DNA of 64,000 bases from positions 23,009 to 87,008 of the forward strand of contig CANPXT010000002.1 in NCBI GenBank assembly GCA_947586835.1, in the 5' to 3' direction. This document shows positions 1 to 9,956 of the stretch, in pieces (within the stretch, counting starts at the first letter, position 1; each line of letters opens with the position of its first letter). This DNA comes from an uncultured Alphaproteobacteria bacterium. Lineage in GTDB: Bacteria; Pseudomonadota; Alphaproteobacteria; CAAHEQ01; UBA3637. Both the position numbers and the translations under genes were made by a program. The notes under the pieces are model-generated. The model saw only the letters and a list, made by a program, of their open reading frames with translations, made no database searches and had not been told where the DNA came from.

Positions 1-42
1 GCGTAAAATGACGTTACGGTTTATTTGAATGTGAGGAAGCCT

Positions 43-1722
43 ATGTTTTTACGCTTTTTATTTTGTTCTTGTGCCGCTTTTGCTTTAACGGCTGCTCAGG
101 CGCAAGATTTTACCGGTTTGTCAAACGGATCCATTTTAATTTGCAAAGACAGTCAATGTATTCCGTCTGCCGCAGAAATGGGACATCTTTATCTGGTTAA
201 TCAAATTAATGAATTAATGAAAAACAATATCGGGAAAAACATTACCTTATGTGAAGCATCACCCGATAAATATTCCTGCACCGAACAAGGGTTTTCTTTT
301 CCCGTTCAGTCTGATATGATTAAAACCTCGGTCAGTCTGCCGACCGCGCGCATTATTGATGCAAAACCCTTGGAAGACGGACCGGGTACCGATCTGATCA
401 TTGATTATCGTTTAAAAGCAGGCGATACTTTTCCGAGATGTCAAACCTCTTTATCGCGAATGGGAGTTGCCAGTGCCGTCGATGTTAAAATGATGTCACC
501 GCAATTTAACTGCAAAGTAACGGAAACGAACAAAACAACGTTCAGTATTACATATAACGTCAATTATCTGGATTTGGATCGCGGAATTATCGGTGCCTTT
601 TATACCGTGGCCGCCAACAATGCCTTACAAGGGAAAAAAGACGGTTATGTCTTAATGACGCTTGAAAAAGGCGTGCAAATGGAACCGGGGGAAGTCTTCC
701 CGTATGTCGCACAATTGAAAGCCATTTTAAACGGCTCAATGCCTCAAATCAACGATCCGGAAATAATTAATCAAATGGAGGCTTTTTGGTTAAAGCCGAC
801 ACCGTTCCTTAACTTGTCGACACCGCAGTTTGCACCGAATAATTGCATTGATTTTGTCGGCGGATGTTCGGCTGAAATGTTGAACAATCCGGAAATAGCC
901 GTTCCTCCCGCAGCTGAGCAAATCGCGCGTTTAACTCCGGCAGGTGTTCCCTCAACAACAGGACTGATTCAACAAAAAATCGAGATAACAAACCGAACAA
1001 GAATTCTCGGTCAAAATGAAAAATTGCAACTGATTAACGGCACCGTGTCTTCCGCACAGATGATGAAAAACGGCGAAAAAGAATATCAATCTTTGAAGCA
1101 GTTTGAAGCAAAAAATATGCCGACCGAATTACAACAACCCGCCCCCCAACCGGCAGCGCAGGCACAAGCACCGCAGGCGCAAGCACCACAGGCGCAACCG
1201 ACACAGGCTCCGGCGCAAGCACAGGCACAAGTACAGGCACAAGCACCGCAGGCGCAACAGGCTTCGGCACAAGCGCCGCAAGCGAAAACACCCGTTCAAA
1301 TCTTAACACAGCCGGGGGTTACTTTATCACCTGAAGAAAAAGCCTATATTGAAAGTTTGGCTCAAACGGCAGAAGGGCAACCAATTCCCCAAGTGCAAAT
1401 TGATGCTCAAAGCGATTTAATCGGAATTGTAGACGTATCGAATGCTCCGTCGGCAACGGCACAAGGCACCGAGGCACCAACAATGCCTGTCGCATCCGTT
1501 GTTTCTCCTGATCAACCGACGGCATCGACAATACCTGCCGCATCCGTGTCTCCCGTTAAAGAATTTTCAGCTCCGGTTTACGTTGTTCCGACACAAAATG
1601 TGCAACCCGTGCAACAACAACCCGTAGTTATTTCTCCTGCAAATGCGCCGGTGAAAGAAAATGAAGATACATCGATGTGGTCGCGTATGAAAAAAGGTAT
1701 TTCCAAGCTTTTTTATTGGTAA
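43..1722 (+). CDS. secreted protein of unknown function with Ala/Gln/Pro-rich low-complexity C-terminal half
   Basis: ORF 25..1722 opens on TTG. ATG at 43 is preceded by GAGGAAG. N-terminus MFLRFLFCSCAAFALTAAQAQ looks like a Sec signal peptide. No catalytic motif recognised. Confidence 0.6.
   Translation: MFLRFLFCSCAAFALTAAQAQDFTGLSNGSILICKDSQCIPSAAEMGHLYLVNQINELMKNNIGKNITLCEASPDKYSCTEQGFSFPVQSDMIKTSVSLPTARIIDAKPLEDGPGTDLIIDYRLKAGDTFPRCQTSLSRMGVASAVDVKMMSPQFNCKVTETNKTTFSITYNVNYLDLDRGIIGAFYTVAANNALQGKKDGYVLMTLEKGVQMEPGEVFPYVAQLKAILNGSMPQINDPEIINQMEAFWLKPTPFLNLSTPQFAPNNCIDFVGGCSAEMLNNPEIAVPPAAEQIARLTPAGVPSTTGLIQQKIEITNRTRILGQNEKLQLINGTVSSAQMMKNGEKEYQSLKQFEAKNMPTELQQPAPQPAAQAQAPQAQAPQAQPTQAPAQAQAQVQAQAPQAQQASAQAPQAKTPVQILTQPGVTLSPEEKAYIESLAQTAEGQPIPQVQIDAQSDLIGIVDVSNAPSATAQGTEAPTMPVASVVSPDQPTASTIPAASVSPVKEFSAPVYVVPTQNVQPVQQQPVVISPANAPVKENEDTSMWSRMKKGISKLFYW
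1132..1285 (+). repeat. coding low-complexity CAGGCNCAAGCACCG-type repeat (AQ/PQ tract)
   Basis: Encodes QQPAPQPAAQAQAPQAQAPQAQPTQAPAQAQAQVQAQAPQAQQASAQAPQA. Confidence 0.85.
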
Positions 1723-1731
1723 GTTCTGAAA

Positions 1732-3057
1732 ATGATTAAAACAGACGTTTTATCTAACGGTATTCGGCTGGTAACGGAATCAATTCCGAATACACCGACC
1801 GTTTCCGTTTGTTATTCCGTTGAAATCGGATCTCAAAATGATCCGATTGCTTATTGCGGCTTAGCCCACTTATTGGAACATTCTTTGTTTTTAGGTACGC
1901 AATCTTATTCGCAAAAAGATATTCAACGACACGATTATTTAACGGGCGGTGCGCTCAATGCCGAAACAAACCAGGAGTGTACGATCATTTCTACCGATAT
2001 TTTATCGGAAGATTTGCCTTCCGCTCTGTCCATCATTGCCGATATGGTTCAAAATCCTTTGTTCCCGCCGCAAGCCGTTAATCGGGAAAAAGAAGTTATT
2101 TTAAATGAATTAAAAGACGTCAGTGAAGATGATGATATGTTTGTCGATAATATGATTTATGAAGTTGCCTTTAAAGGACAACCTATTCAATATCCGACAG
2201 AAGGATATGAAAATACCATCAAAGCCATCACGTCGAAAATAATAAAAGATCATTATCAAAAATATGCCCAACCCGATAAAATCATCATCAGCATCAGCGG
2301 AAATATCGAACATAATAAAATCAAAGAACTGTGCCAAAAACTTTTCGGGCAAATTCAACAAAAAGAAACCTTTAAGCCTTTGCACAAACCTATTTATGTC
2401 GGCGGGGATAAACGCATGGCAGAAAATATGTCAAGCAATGTTTTTCGATTGGCCTTTAACGGCATTGCCTTAGACGAAGGCACGGATAATTATGTTAAAA
2501 TTGATTTGCTTGCCTCACTTTTGGAAAATGCGCTTTATGATGATTTACGTCATAAAAAAGGATTGCTTTACGGTATTCATGCCGACAATATCGCTTACAA
2601 ACAGTGTGCTTTGTTTATGATTTCGGCTTCGTGTTTACCGAAAAACACAAAAGATGTGATTCACGGTTGTACGCAAATTATGGGGCAAATTGAAAAATAT
2701 ATAACACCGCAAAGCTTAAAGGCTGCTCAAAAAACAATTAAATTAGATTTATGCACGCGCGATAATTCACCGCACGAAAAAGCTTTTTCCAACGAGTTTG
2801 ATTTACGCTATTATAACAGAATTGTACCGACAACGGAATATTTTGAAAAAATTGATGCGACAACAGTCACCGATCTTCAAAAAATTGCGACTCGTATTTT
2901 TTCATCACGCCTTTCTTTTGCCGGTATCGGAAAACTCAAAGAAATGCCCTCTTATAAGCAAATAACTCAATGGATTGAAGAAGCACACCTTTCAACACCG
3001 AAAAACCTTGAAAAATCGTACATTAAAAATTATTTATCCAAAGGAAAAGAACCATGA
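1732..3057 (+). CDS. M16 family zinc peptidase (pitrilysin/MPP-like)
   Basis: HxxEH zinc motif (LAHLLEHSLF) near N-terminus. About 440 aa. 4-nt overlap with a second M16 gene. Confidence 0.8.
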   Translation: MIKTDVLSNGIRLVTESIPNTPTVSVCYSVEIGSQNDPIAYCGLAHLLEHSLFLGTQSYSQKDIQRHDYLTGGALNAETNQECTIISTDILSEDLPSALSIIADMVQNPLFPPQAVNREKEVILNELKDVSEDDDMFVDNMIYEVAFKGQPIQYPTEGYENTIKAITSKIIKDHYQKYAQPDKIIISISGNIEHNKIKELCQKLFGQIQQKETFKPLHKPIYVGGDKRMAENMSSNVFRLAFNGIALDEGTDNYVKIDLLASLLENALYDDLRHKKGLLYGIHADNIAYKQCALFMISASCLPKNTKDVIHGCTQIMGQIEKYITPQSLKAAQKTIKLDLCTRDNSPHEKAFSNEFDLRYYNRIVPTTEYFEKIDATTVTDLQKIATRIFSSRLSFAGIGKLKEMPSYKQITQWIEEAHLSTPKNLEKSYIKNYLSKGKEP

Positions 3058-4307
3058 TAAACACAAGCACATTATCTAACGGCATTCGCGTTATTACCGA
3101 TTCCGTCGAAACTGCGGAAAGCGTTTCATTAGGCGTGTGGGTCAGTGTCGGCGCCCGCTATGAAACCAAAGAAAATAACGGTATTTCTCATATGTTGGAA
3201 CATATGGCTTTTAAAGGTACCACAACGCGTTCGGCATTTGAAATATCAAAAGAAATTGAAGATGTCGGCGGTTACATCAATGCTTACACCGCTAAAAATA
3301 TGACGGCTTACTACGTGCGCGTTTTAAAGGAAAATTTAGATCTCGGATTAAACATTATTGCCGATATTGTTCAAAATTCTACCATGGATCCGGAAGAACT
3401 TAAAAAAGAAAAGGGAGTTATTATTCAAGAAATTAATATGCAAAATGATACTCCGGACGATTTAATTTTCGATTATTACGCCGCATGTGCTTATCCGGAT
3501 CAACCGATCGGTCGCACTATTTTGGGAACAGCGGAAAGTGTTCTTAAAATTGAAAGTCAAGACTTATTAAATTATATTCACTCTCAATACACGACAAACA
3601 GGTTGATTGTCAGTGCCTCGGGCAAGGTCGATCACAAAAGTTTTGTTGACGCCTGTGAAAAATTATTTACGAATGTACCCTCTCATCAAACCGAAAACGC
3701 CCTGCCCGCTATATATCACGGCGGTGATAAACGTGTGAACAAACCACATGAACAAGTCAACTTGGTTTTAGGGTTTGAAGGTTTTTCATATCATCATCCC
3801 GATTACTATGCCGGCAGTATTTTAGCCTCCATTATCGGTGGCGGTATGTCGTCCCGTTTGTTTCAAGAAATTCGAGAAAAACGTGGCTTGGTTTATTCCA
3901 TTTATGCCTTTAACTCACCGCAAACAGATACGGGCACTTTCGGTATTTATGCCGGCACGGGTGAAAAAGAAGTTGTTGAATTAATGCCTGTGTTGTGCGA
4001 TGAGCTGATGCGGGTATCCGGTTCATTAACTGATGAAGAAATTTCCCGTGCAAAAGCGCAACTCAAAGCCTCTGTTTTAATGCAGGAAGAAAATATTTCG
4101 TCCCATGCACGCACCAATGCCGTCGATTTGATTATTTACGGACGCCTGATACCGAAAGAAGAAGTAATTTCCAAAATCGAGGCTGTCGAAAAGCATCAAT
4201 TAGAAAAAATCGCCCGGCAATTATTCAAACAAAAGCCGACTTTTGCGGCATTAGGTCCGATTCAAAACATTATGAGCTATGAAGAAATTACAAAACGCTT
4301 GCAGTAA
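3054..4307 (+). CDS. M16 family zinc peptidase (MPP beta-like)
   Basis: GISHMLEHMAFKGT (HxxEH), YETKENNG and SRLFQEIREKRGLVYS motifs typical of the M16 active subunit. Confidence 0.85.
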   Translation: MINTSTLSNGIRVITDSVETAESVSLGVWVSVGARYETKENNGISHMLEHMAFKGTTTRSAFEISKEIEDVGGYINAYTAKNMTAYYVRVLKENLDLGLNIIADIVQNSTMDPEELKKEKGVIIQEINMQNDTPDDLIFDYYAACAYPDQPIGRTILGTAESVLKIESQDLLNYIHSQYTTNRLIVSASGKVDHKSFVDACEKLFTNVPSHQTENALPAIYHGGDKRVNKPHEQVNLVLGFEGFSYHHPDYYAGSILASIIGGGMSSRLFQEIREKRGLVYSIYAFNSPQTDTGTFGIYAGTGEKEVVELMPVLCDELMRVSGSLTDEEISRAKAQLKASVLMQEENISSHARTNAVDLIIYGRLIPKEEVISKIEAVEKHQLEKIARQLFKQKPTFAALGPIQNIMSYEEITKRLQ

Positions 4308-4312
4308 ACAAA

Positions 4313-4948
4313 ATGCCGGATTTTGAAATTGAAAAATCTTTAAATGTATCGGGAGCCGTTTTCGGGTTCGATGAAGCCGGGCGCGGTCCGTGGTGCGGTC
4401 CTGTCACGGCTGCCTGCGTTTCGTGGCCTGATTTTAACATTCCCGCTGAATTAAGCACGCAAATTGATGATTCCAAAAAATTAACATCTGCAAAACGAGA
4501 AGCGCTTTACCAGAAAATTATTCACTCATCGGCTTTGTACGGCATCGGCATGGCTTCGGCAGAAGAAATTGATCAGTATAACATTTTACAAGCCTCTTTT
4601 TTAGCCATGCATCGTGCATTGGAAAACGCTCTTCAAAAAAAAGCCGTTCAACCGGCATTTTTGCTGATTGACGGCAATCGCTTGCCTGCAACCTGTCCTT
4701 ATCCCGCCCAAGCCGTTATTAAAGGTGATGCGCGCTCTCTTTCCATTGCCGCCGCTTCTATTTTAGCGAAAGTAACGCGTGATCATATTTTAACAAAACT
4801 GGCCGAACGCTATCCGCAATACGGATGGGAGAAAAACGCCGGATATGGTACGAAAGAACACATTGCCGCTATTGAAAAATATGGCATAACGCCCGTTCAT
4901 CGAAAAACATATGCACCGATTCGTCGCTATTTGGAAACACATTCATAA
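4313..4948 (+). CDS. rnhB: ribonuclease HII
   Basis: GFDEAGRGPWCGPV catalytic motif and DSKKLT. Length 211 aa. Confidence 0.9.
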   Translation: MPDFEIEKSLNVSGAVFGFDEAGRGPWCGPVTAACVSWPDFNIPAELSTQIDDSKKLTSAKREALYQKIIHSSALYGIGMASAEEIDQYNILQASFLAMHRALENALQKKAVQPAFLLIDGNRLPATCPYPAQAVIKGDARSLSIAAASILAKVTRDHILTKLAERYPQYGWEKNAGYGTKEHIAAIEKYGITPVHRKTYAPIRRYLETHS

Positions 4949-5248
4949 TTTATTTTTATTTAATTGATTTAAAAGAATTTTTTCCAATTCTTCACTTGCC
5001 ACGTTTTGAAAGCAAACCTTTTTTTCGCGACTTGTTTCACCCGAAAGAATGAAAATATCACGTTTTTTAACATGAAAGACATCGGATAAAAAATCAATTA
5101 ACGCTTTATTTGCTTTTCCGTCAACCGCAGGCGCATGCAGGGCTATTTTTAAAGCCGAATTATTCCAAATGCCCTCAATGCCTGTCCGTTTGGCATTCGG
5201 CAACACCCGAACCGATAAAATAAACGCATTTTCATTTTTCTGCCACAT
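4943..5248 (-). CDS. DUF167 (YggU) family protein
   Basis: About 100 aa. VDGKANKALIDFLS and ILSGETSREKKV motifs are typical of YggU. Confidence 0.7.
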   Translation of the reverse strand: MWQKNENAFILSVRVLPNAKRTGIEGIWNNSALKIALHAPAVDGKANKALIDFLSDVFHVKKRDIFILSGETSREKKVCFQNVASEELEKILLNQLNKNKL

Positions 5249-5326
5249 TTGTCTGACCTTTTTTTTCCAATTTACACGAAATAAAGAAAAAAATCAACTC
5301 TATCTTTAAATTTAATTGTTTCACAA

Positions 5327-5355
5327 TTGACAGAACGGTGTTTTTATGATATATT
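5327..5355 (+). promoter_or_regulatory. sigma70-like promoter (TTGACA-17-TATATT with extended -10 TG)
   Basis: TTGACA 5327-5332 and TGaTATATT 5347-5355, about 20 nt before the ATG at 5376. Confidence 0.5.
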
Positions 5356-5375
5356 ATATCGGAAAGTTTTAGAAA

Positions 5376-5993
5376 ATGGAATATACAGATTCGTTTTATT
5401 TTACCTTAAAAGAATTAATTAAAGAGGCGCGCGTTCATGTGGCCTTGTTTTTACCGATGATGAGAGAAGAAGATTTAACTAAAAAATACGGGATTTTATG
5501 GAAAAAAAAATCACTTTTGGGACAACTTAAATCTTTTAACAAACAACCTTACGGATTGATGGAACTGATTTATTTAAACAAATCAATCGGAAAAAAATTT
5601 TCGGCATTTTATCCCAAACGGATGGTCAATCGCCTGTGTACCGATTTTGAATTTATTAAACCGCTGACGGCTTTTGCTGAAGGTTTTGCCGTGATTGACG
5701 GACGCGATGTTTTGGTTCAACCCGATGCGCAACATGCCGATAACGGTGCTTTTCTATCAGAAAACAATCAAGACCGTGCCTTTTATTTTCAAGGGTTGTT
5801 TAATCAAATTACACACCATGAAAATCAACTGGATCAGTATCAACCGACAGAAACTTTTTTAAATTTGGCAAAAACAGAAAAAGAAACGTTTGAAATGCTG
5901 AGTTATTTTGATGAAATTCAATCACATCGCATTGTCGATACGTTACCGAAAAATCCCTTTGTCAATCGATTAGTCAAAAAATATAAGGAGTAA
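5376..5993 (+). CDS. hypothetical protein
   Basis: 205-aa ORF with a good upstream promoter-like site. 7 nt upstream of glk. No motif recognised. Confidence 0.5.
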   Translation: MEYTDSFYFTLKELIKEARVHVALFLPMMREEDLTKKYGILWKKKSLLGQLKSFNKQPYGLMELIYLNKSIGKKFSAFYPKRMVNRLCTDFEFIKPLTAFAEGFAVIDGRDVLVQPDAQHADNGAFLSENNQDRAFYFQGLFNQITHHENQLDQYQPTETFLNLAKTEKETFEMLSYFDEIQSHRIVDTLPKNPFVNRLVKKYKE

Positions 5994-6000
5994 AATAACA

Positions 6001-7218
6001 ATGAAACAAAAAGAAACAGTTTTAATTTCCGATATTGGCGGCACCAATGTTCGTTTCGGAATTTATCAGGAAGGACAAACAGAAATCGTAAATTTTGACG
6101 GTAAATATAAATGCAATGAATTTCAATCTTTTGAAGAAGCTGTTTTATTTTATTTAAAAGAAAAACACACAAAGCCGACTTTATGCGTCATCGGGGCGGC
6201 CGGAAACATTGATGAATATGCGGGCGAAGTTTTATCGACAAACACGCCTTGGAAAGCGAATATTTCAAAATTAAAAGCAAAATGTCCGTTTTTTAAACAT
6301 ATTCGCTTGGTCAATGACTTTGCTTTGCAAGGTTGGGCACTTTCGGAAATGAATTCGTCACAGTTTCGTCAAATGTTTCATACCCCTGCTCCGATTGATT
6401 TAACAAATGAAAAAATCGTTGTCATCGGTCCCGGTACCGGATTAGGCACTTGTCTGATTATGCAAAATGAAAAAAAAGAACAAGCGATTTACACATCGGA
6501 AGCCGGACACAGCACCATTCCTTATGTTGATTTTAACAATGCAACCGATAACGCCGATCGTGATCGGTTACTGCAAATATTAAAAGAATATTATACCAAA
6601 AAAAATCAAAAACCCGTGACGGAACATTTGGTATCCGGTACGGGAATTACCAATATTTATCACGCCTTTAAAGACGGTTTCATTCCGCTTCAAAAAGAAC
6701 AGTGTCTTTCGGCTGAGCAAATTGAAGAGTTGGCCAAAGCAAATGATAAAATCGCTTTAAAAACATTTTATTTTTTCAATGCTTATTTAGGCGCTCACAG
6801 CGGCACGTTGGCAGCAGCAACCAAAACAGATACTATTTTCTTTTGCGGCGGATTAATGGCAAGTCCGTGGGTTTTAAACCAGTTAGAAAAATCATCGGTA
6901 TTTATGCAACAATTTACGGCGCGTGCCGGTATGAGCGAAGCAATGGAACAAGTGCACTTTGTTGCCTCTCTTTATCGAGATATGTCCACATTGGGTGCCG
7001 TTGTCAGAGCTAAAAAATTAATTGCAAAAACCAAAAACGAGCAAGAAAAGAATCGAGCCAACAAAAACATTTTATATGCATTGGCCATATTAGAGCTTTT
7101 CGCTCATGAACATTGTCCCGAAGCTTTAAAAAATGTACGAAAAGTGAAAGCGGCCATTCAGCGGCAACAAAAAATCTATATTCAATCCGCACAAACTAAC
7201 CAACACATCCGTTCATAA
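6001..7218 (+). CDS. glk: glucokinase with about 80-aa C-terminal extension
   Basis: N-terminal ISDIGGTNVRFGIY ATP-binding motif and GPGTGLG, then a Lys/Gln-rich tail. Confidence 0.8.
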   Translation: MKQKETVLISDIGGTNVRFGIYQEGQTEIVNFDGKYKCNEFQSFEEAVLFYLKEKHTKPTLCVIGAAGNIDEYAGEVLSTNTPWKANISKLKAKCPFFKHIRLVNDFALQGWALSEMNSSQFRQMFHTPAPIDLTNEKIVVIGPGTGLGTCLIMQNEKKEQAIYTSEAGHSTIPYVDFNNATDNADRDRLLQILKEYYTKKNQKPVTEHLVSGTGITNIYHAFKDGFIPLQKEQCLSAEQIEELAKANDKIALKTFYFFNAYLGAHSGTLAAATKTDTIFFCGGLMASPWVLNQLEKSSVFMQQFTARAGMSEAMEQVHFVASLYRDMSTLGAVVRAKKLIAKTKNEQEKNRANKNILYALAILELFAHEHCPEALKNVRKVKAAIQRQQKIYIQSAQTNQHIRS

Positions 7219-7329
7219 CCGGCAAAACGGCCTTTAATTTAAGAATATTTTGAAAAAAATTTTTTTTGGATTGATTTTCGTATCAAAATATCATAAATTA
7301 AAAGAATAAAAAGGAAGGGGATTAAAACA

Positions 7330-8244
7330 ATGTATGAAAATATGGAATTTATTATTGCCTGTGGCGGAAAAAGCACACGAAATTATCCGCATTCACAAGG
7401 AATTGCCCATAAATGTTTATTGCCGTTCGGCGATGTGCGTTTAATTGACTATGTTTTAAAAGATATTATTGCCATGGGCGGCAAACATATAACCATTGTC
7501 TGTTCCGATGAAACAACCGTTAAAGCTTTTCAACAAGCTTTAACACAAAATACGGCTGTTGAAGAAAAGTTGCGCAAACACGGTAAACATAAGATTGCCG
7601 ATGTTTTAAAATCAACTTTTTTACCGCAGGATATTGATATTAAATATGTGATTCAAGACAAACCTTTGGGAACGGCACATGTTTTGGGTTTGGCGCATCG
7701 TGTTTCAAAAAACCGAAATGCCGTTTTAATATTTCCCGATGATTTAATTGATTCCAGCAATGTTTCCGTTCCGTTTATTCAAAAAATCGTCGAGGCTTTT
7801 CTGCAAAATCCCAAACATATTTTGTTAACGGGCGTTAAAAAGAGTGATGTCAGCAACAATGCTGTTTTACAAAATAATCGCTTGATTGAAAAACCCAAAG
7901 AACCGATTTCCGATATTGCCGGTTATTCACCTTGCTTGTTTCCGAAAGAATGTCTTGATTACATTGAAAAACAAACCGAACAAATTGAAAAAACAGGTAT
8001 TTTACCCAATCAATCCGTAATGGGCGAATGGGTTTATACTGACGGTATTAACGGCTTTTTAGACAATGGAGGCGAAAAAGAGGGATTTTCCGTTCAAATG
8101 TTTTTGTTAAATCCCCAAGAATATGCTTTATTGGATACGGGAAATTTAGAGCTTTACGAAGCGGCTTTAATTCGCGAACTGTTGCTTCATTCGCGTTTTC
8201 AAGAAAGCAACAAAGCCGTTGCCAGACAAATTTTAAATATATGA
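7330..8244 (+). CDS. sugar-phosphate nucleotidyltransferase family protein
   Basis: N-terminal ACGGKSTRNYP (GxGxR-like NTP-transferase loop) and GTAHVL. RBS AAGGAAGGGGA upstream. Confidence 0.65.
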   Translation: MYENMEFIIACGGKSTRNYPHSQGIAHKCLLPFGDVRLIDYVLKDIIAMGGKHITIVCSDETTVKAFQQALTQNTAVEEKLRKHGKHKIADVLKSTFLPQDIDIKYVIQDKPLGTAHVLGLAHRVSKNRNAVLIFPDDLIDSSNVSVPFIQKIVEAFLQNPKHILLTGVKKSDVSNNAVLQNNRLIEKPKEPISDIAGYSPCLFPKECLDYIEKQTEQIEKTGILPNQSVMGEWVYTDGINGFLDNGGEKEGFSVQMFLLNPQEYALLDTGNLELYEAALIRELLLHSRFQESNKAVARQILNI

Positions 8245-8256
8245 AAATAATTTAAA

Positions 8257-8724
8257 TCAATTACTTTCAAACACAATATTATTTCCCGAGTCGGAGCAAG
8301 AGGTTGTTTTTGAATACATCGTTGTCAACGTATCCGGTGCCTGCTCAATTAAGCGGTAACATGCTGTTCTCGGCACATCCGTTAAAGTAATCGTAAACCC
8401 GACCCAATCCCCGTTATTCACCGCTGCTACATTTAATTCACCACCCCATCGATTAGGAATTTTGTAGCCGGTTGAACAATCATGAACAACATCTTCCTCA
8501 CACATTAATTGGTTATCCAAACCCTCATAGTCGGGTGCCCATGAAAATATATCATTAATATCACGCGCCATTTGCTCAATTTCCATCAATGTGGCACTGA
8601 CACGAAAATAAGAATCAACATAAGCCATTGACGTAATGGCACCAACGGATATCACACCGATAATGGCGATAACGCCAAGCATTTCAACCATTGAACGACC
8701 TGATTCATTTGATCTTTGCATCAT
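8257..8724 (-). CDS. type IV pilin / pseudopilin-like protein (prepilin-type N-terminus)
   Basis: SG|RSMVEMLGVIAIIGVISVGA has Gly at -1, Glu at +5 and a hydrophobic helix. C-terminal Cys pair. GGAGG RBS before ATG at 8724 (the ORF track starts at 8739). Confidence 0.65.
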   Translation of the reverse strand: MMQRSNESGRSMVEMLGVIAIIGVISVGAITSMAYVDSYFRVSATLMEIEQMARDINDIFSWAPDYEGLDNQLMCEEDVVHDCSTGYKIPNRWGGELNVAAVNNGDWVGFTITLTDVPRTACYRLIEQAPDTLTTMYSKTTSCSDSGNNIVFESN

Positions 8725-8747
8725 ATTTTCCTCCAACAAGCATTAAG

Positions 8748-9896
8748 TTAACTTTCATTATAAGACAAAACAGAATGAATGACAAGTGTTTTTTTTGACG
8801 GGAAATTCATTTTTATCCATTTTCGTTGTGCTTTTTTTAATAAACGTCCGATTTGAGCTCCCCGAAACCCTGCTTGATAAAAATCAGCACCCGAAACAGG
8901 GAAAACGGGGACGGATAAACATTTAAAATAATTATATTTTTCTATTGATAAGCGTTTTTGAAGATGAAACTTTTTCAAATGAAACAAAAAATCGACTTGT
9001 CCGAGTTTCCACAATAATAATCGTGCCGTTTTTTCCGTTCGGGGACAAGCATAATTTATTTGATAATTTGCTAACCGTTTTTTTTGCACCCGACTCCAAT
9101 TCCAGTTCGGAAGAAATCCGTCGGAACATAAAATACTTAATCGTTCCAAGGCATCAGCTTCCGGAAACAAAGCAACAAACCGCACAAAATCGGCAACATT
9201 TACCGTTTTAAACCAACTGTTCAGCACACCGTTTTTTGCCATTAATTCTATCACAAACGATGCATTTTTACCGATTAAAAGCTTCAAAAATTCTTCCCGA
9301 ATACGATCTTTTGATATGTTTTGCAAACCGTCTTTTAAATCGATGCAAGCTTTGAACGATTCTTCATCAATGACATGACTGTTTAAAACCGATAAAAAGC
9401 GAAAATATCTTAAAATTCGCAAATAATCTTCCTTGATTCGTTGTTGCGGCAAACCGATAAATCGAACAATCGGTTCGGAAAGATCTTTTAATCCGTTCAC
9501 ATAATCAAAAACGGCACCGGATAAATCCATATAAAGCGCATTAATTGTAAAATCTCGCCGATGCGCATCTTCTTCATAAGAAGCACCAAATAGCACTTTG
9601 GCATGACGTCCGTCTGTTTTAACATCGGCACGCAACGACGTGATTTCATAATTTTTATGATTAAGAACAACCGTAACCGTTCCGTGTCGAATGCCCGTTT
9701 CATAAAACGCAATCTGATTTTTTTGCAGCAAACATTTCATTTCATCGGGCAACAAAGGCGTGGCAAAATCAAAATCATGAACGGGTCGATGCAATAAAAA
9801 ATCGCGGACACAACCGCCAACCAATCTGAGATGATTTTCAAAAACACGGAATAAAAAGCAAACATCTGCCGTTAAAAGTTGATTTTTAGCCTTCAT
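8748..9896 (-). CDS. cca: CCA tRNA nucleotidyltransferase / poly(A) polymerase family
   Basis: LVGGCVRDFLL...DFDFAT head-domain motif and RRDFTINALY. The track ORF starts on TTG at 9926; the first ATG is at 9896, so the start is uncertain. Confidence 0.75.
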   Translation of the reverse strand: MKAKNQLLTADVCFLFRVFENHLRLVGGCVRDFLLHRPVHDFDFATPLLPDEMKCLLQKNQIAFYETGIRHGTVTVVLNHKNYEITSLRADVKTDGRHAKVLFGASYEEDAHRRDFTINALYMDLSGAVFDYVNGLKDLSEPIVRFIGLPQQRIKEDYLRILRYFRFLSVLNSHVIDEESFKACIDLKDGLQNISKDRIREEFLKLLIGKNASFVIELMAKNGVLNSWFKTVNVADFVRFVALFPEADALERLSILCSDGFLPNWNWSRVQKKRLANYQINYACPRTEKTARLLLWKLGQVDFLFHLKKFHLQKRLSIEKYNYFKCLSVPVFPVSGADFYQAGFRGAQIGRLLKKAQRKWIKMNFPSKKTLVIHSVLSYNES

Positions 9897-9956
9897 TCTT
9901 CGAATATATGCAATAATTTCTTGCAAATCAAGAAAAAAAATGTATGATAAACAATT

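Noticed and set aside
1034-1309. ORFs 1034..1309 (-) and 1103..1306 (+, Arg/His-rich).
   Set aside because: They are alternative-frame and antisense shadows of the GC-rich AQ/PQ repeat within the 43..1722 gene.
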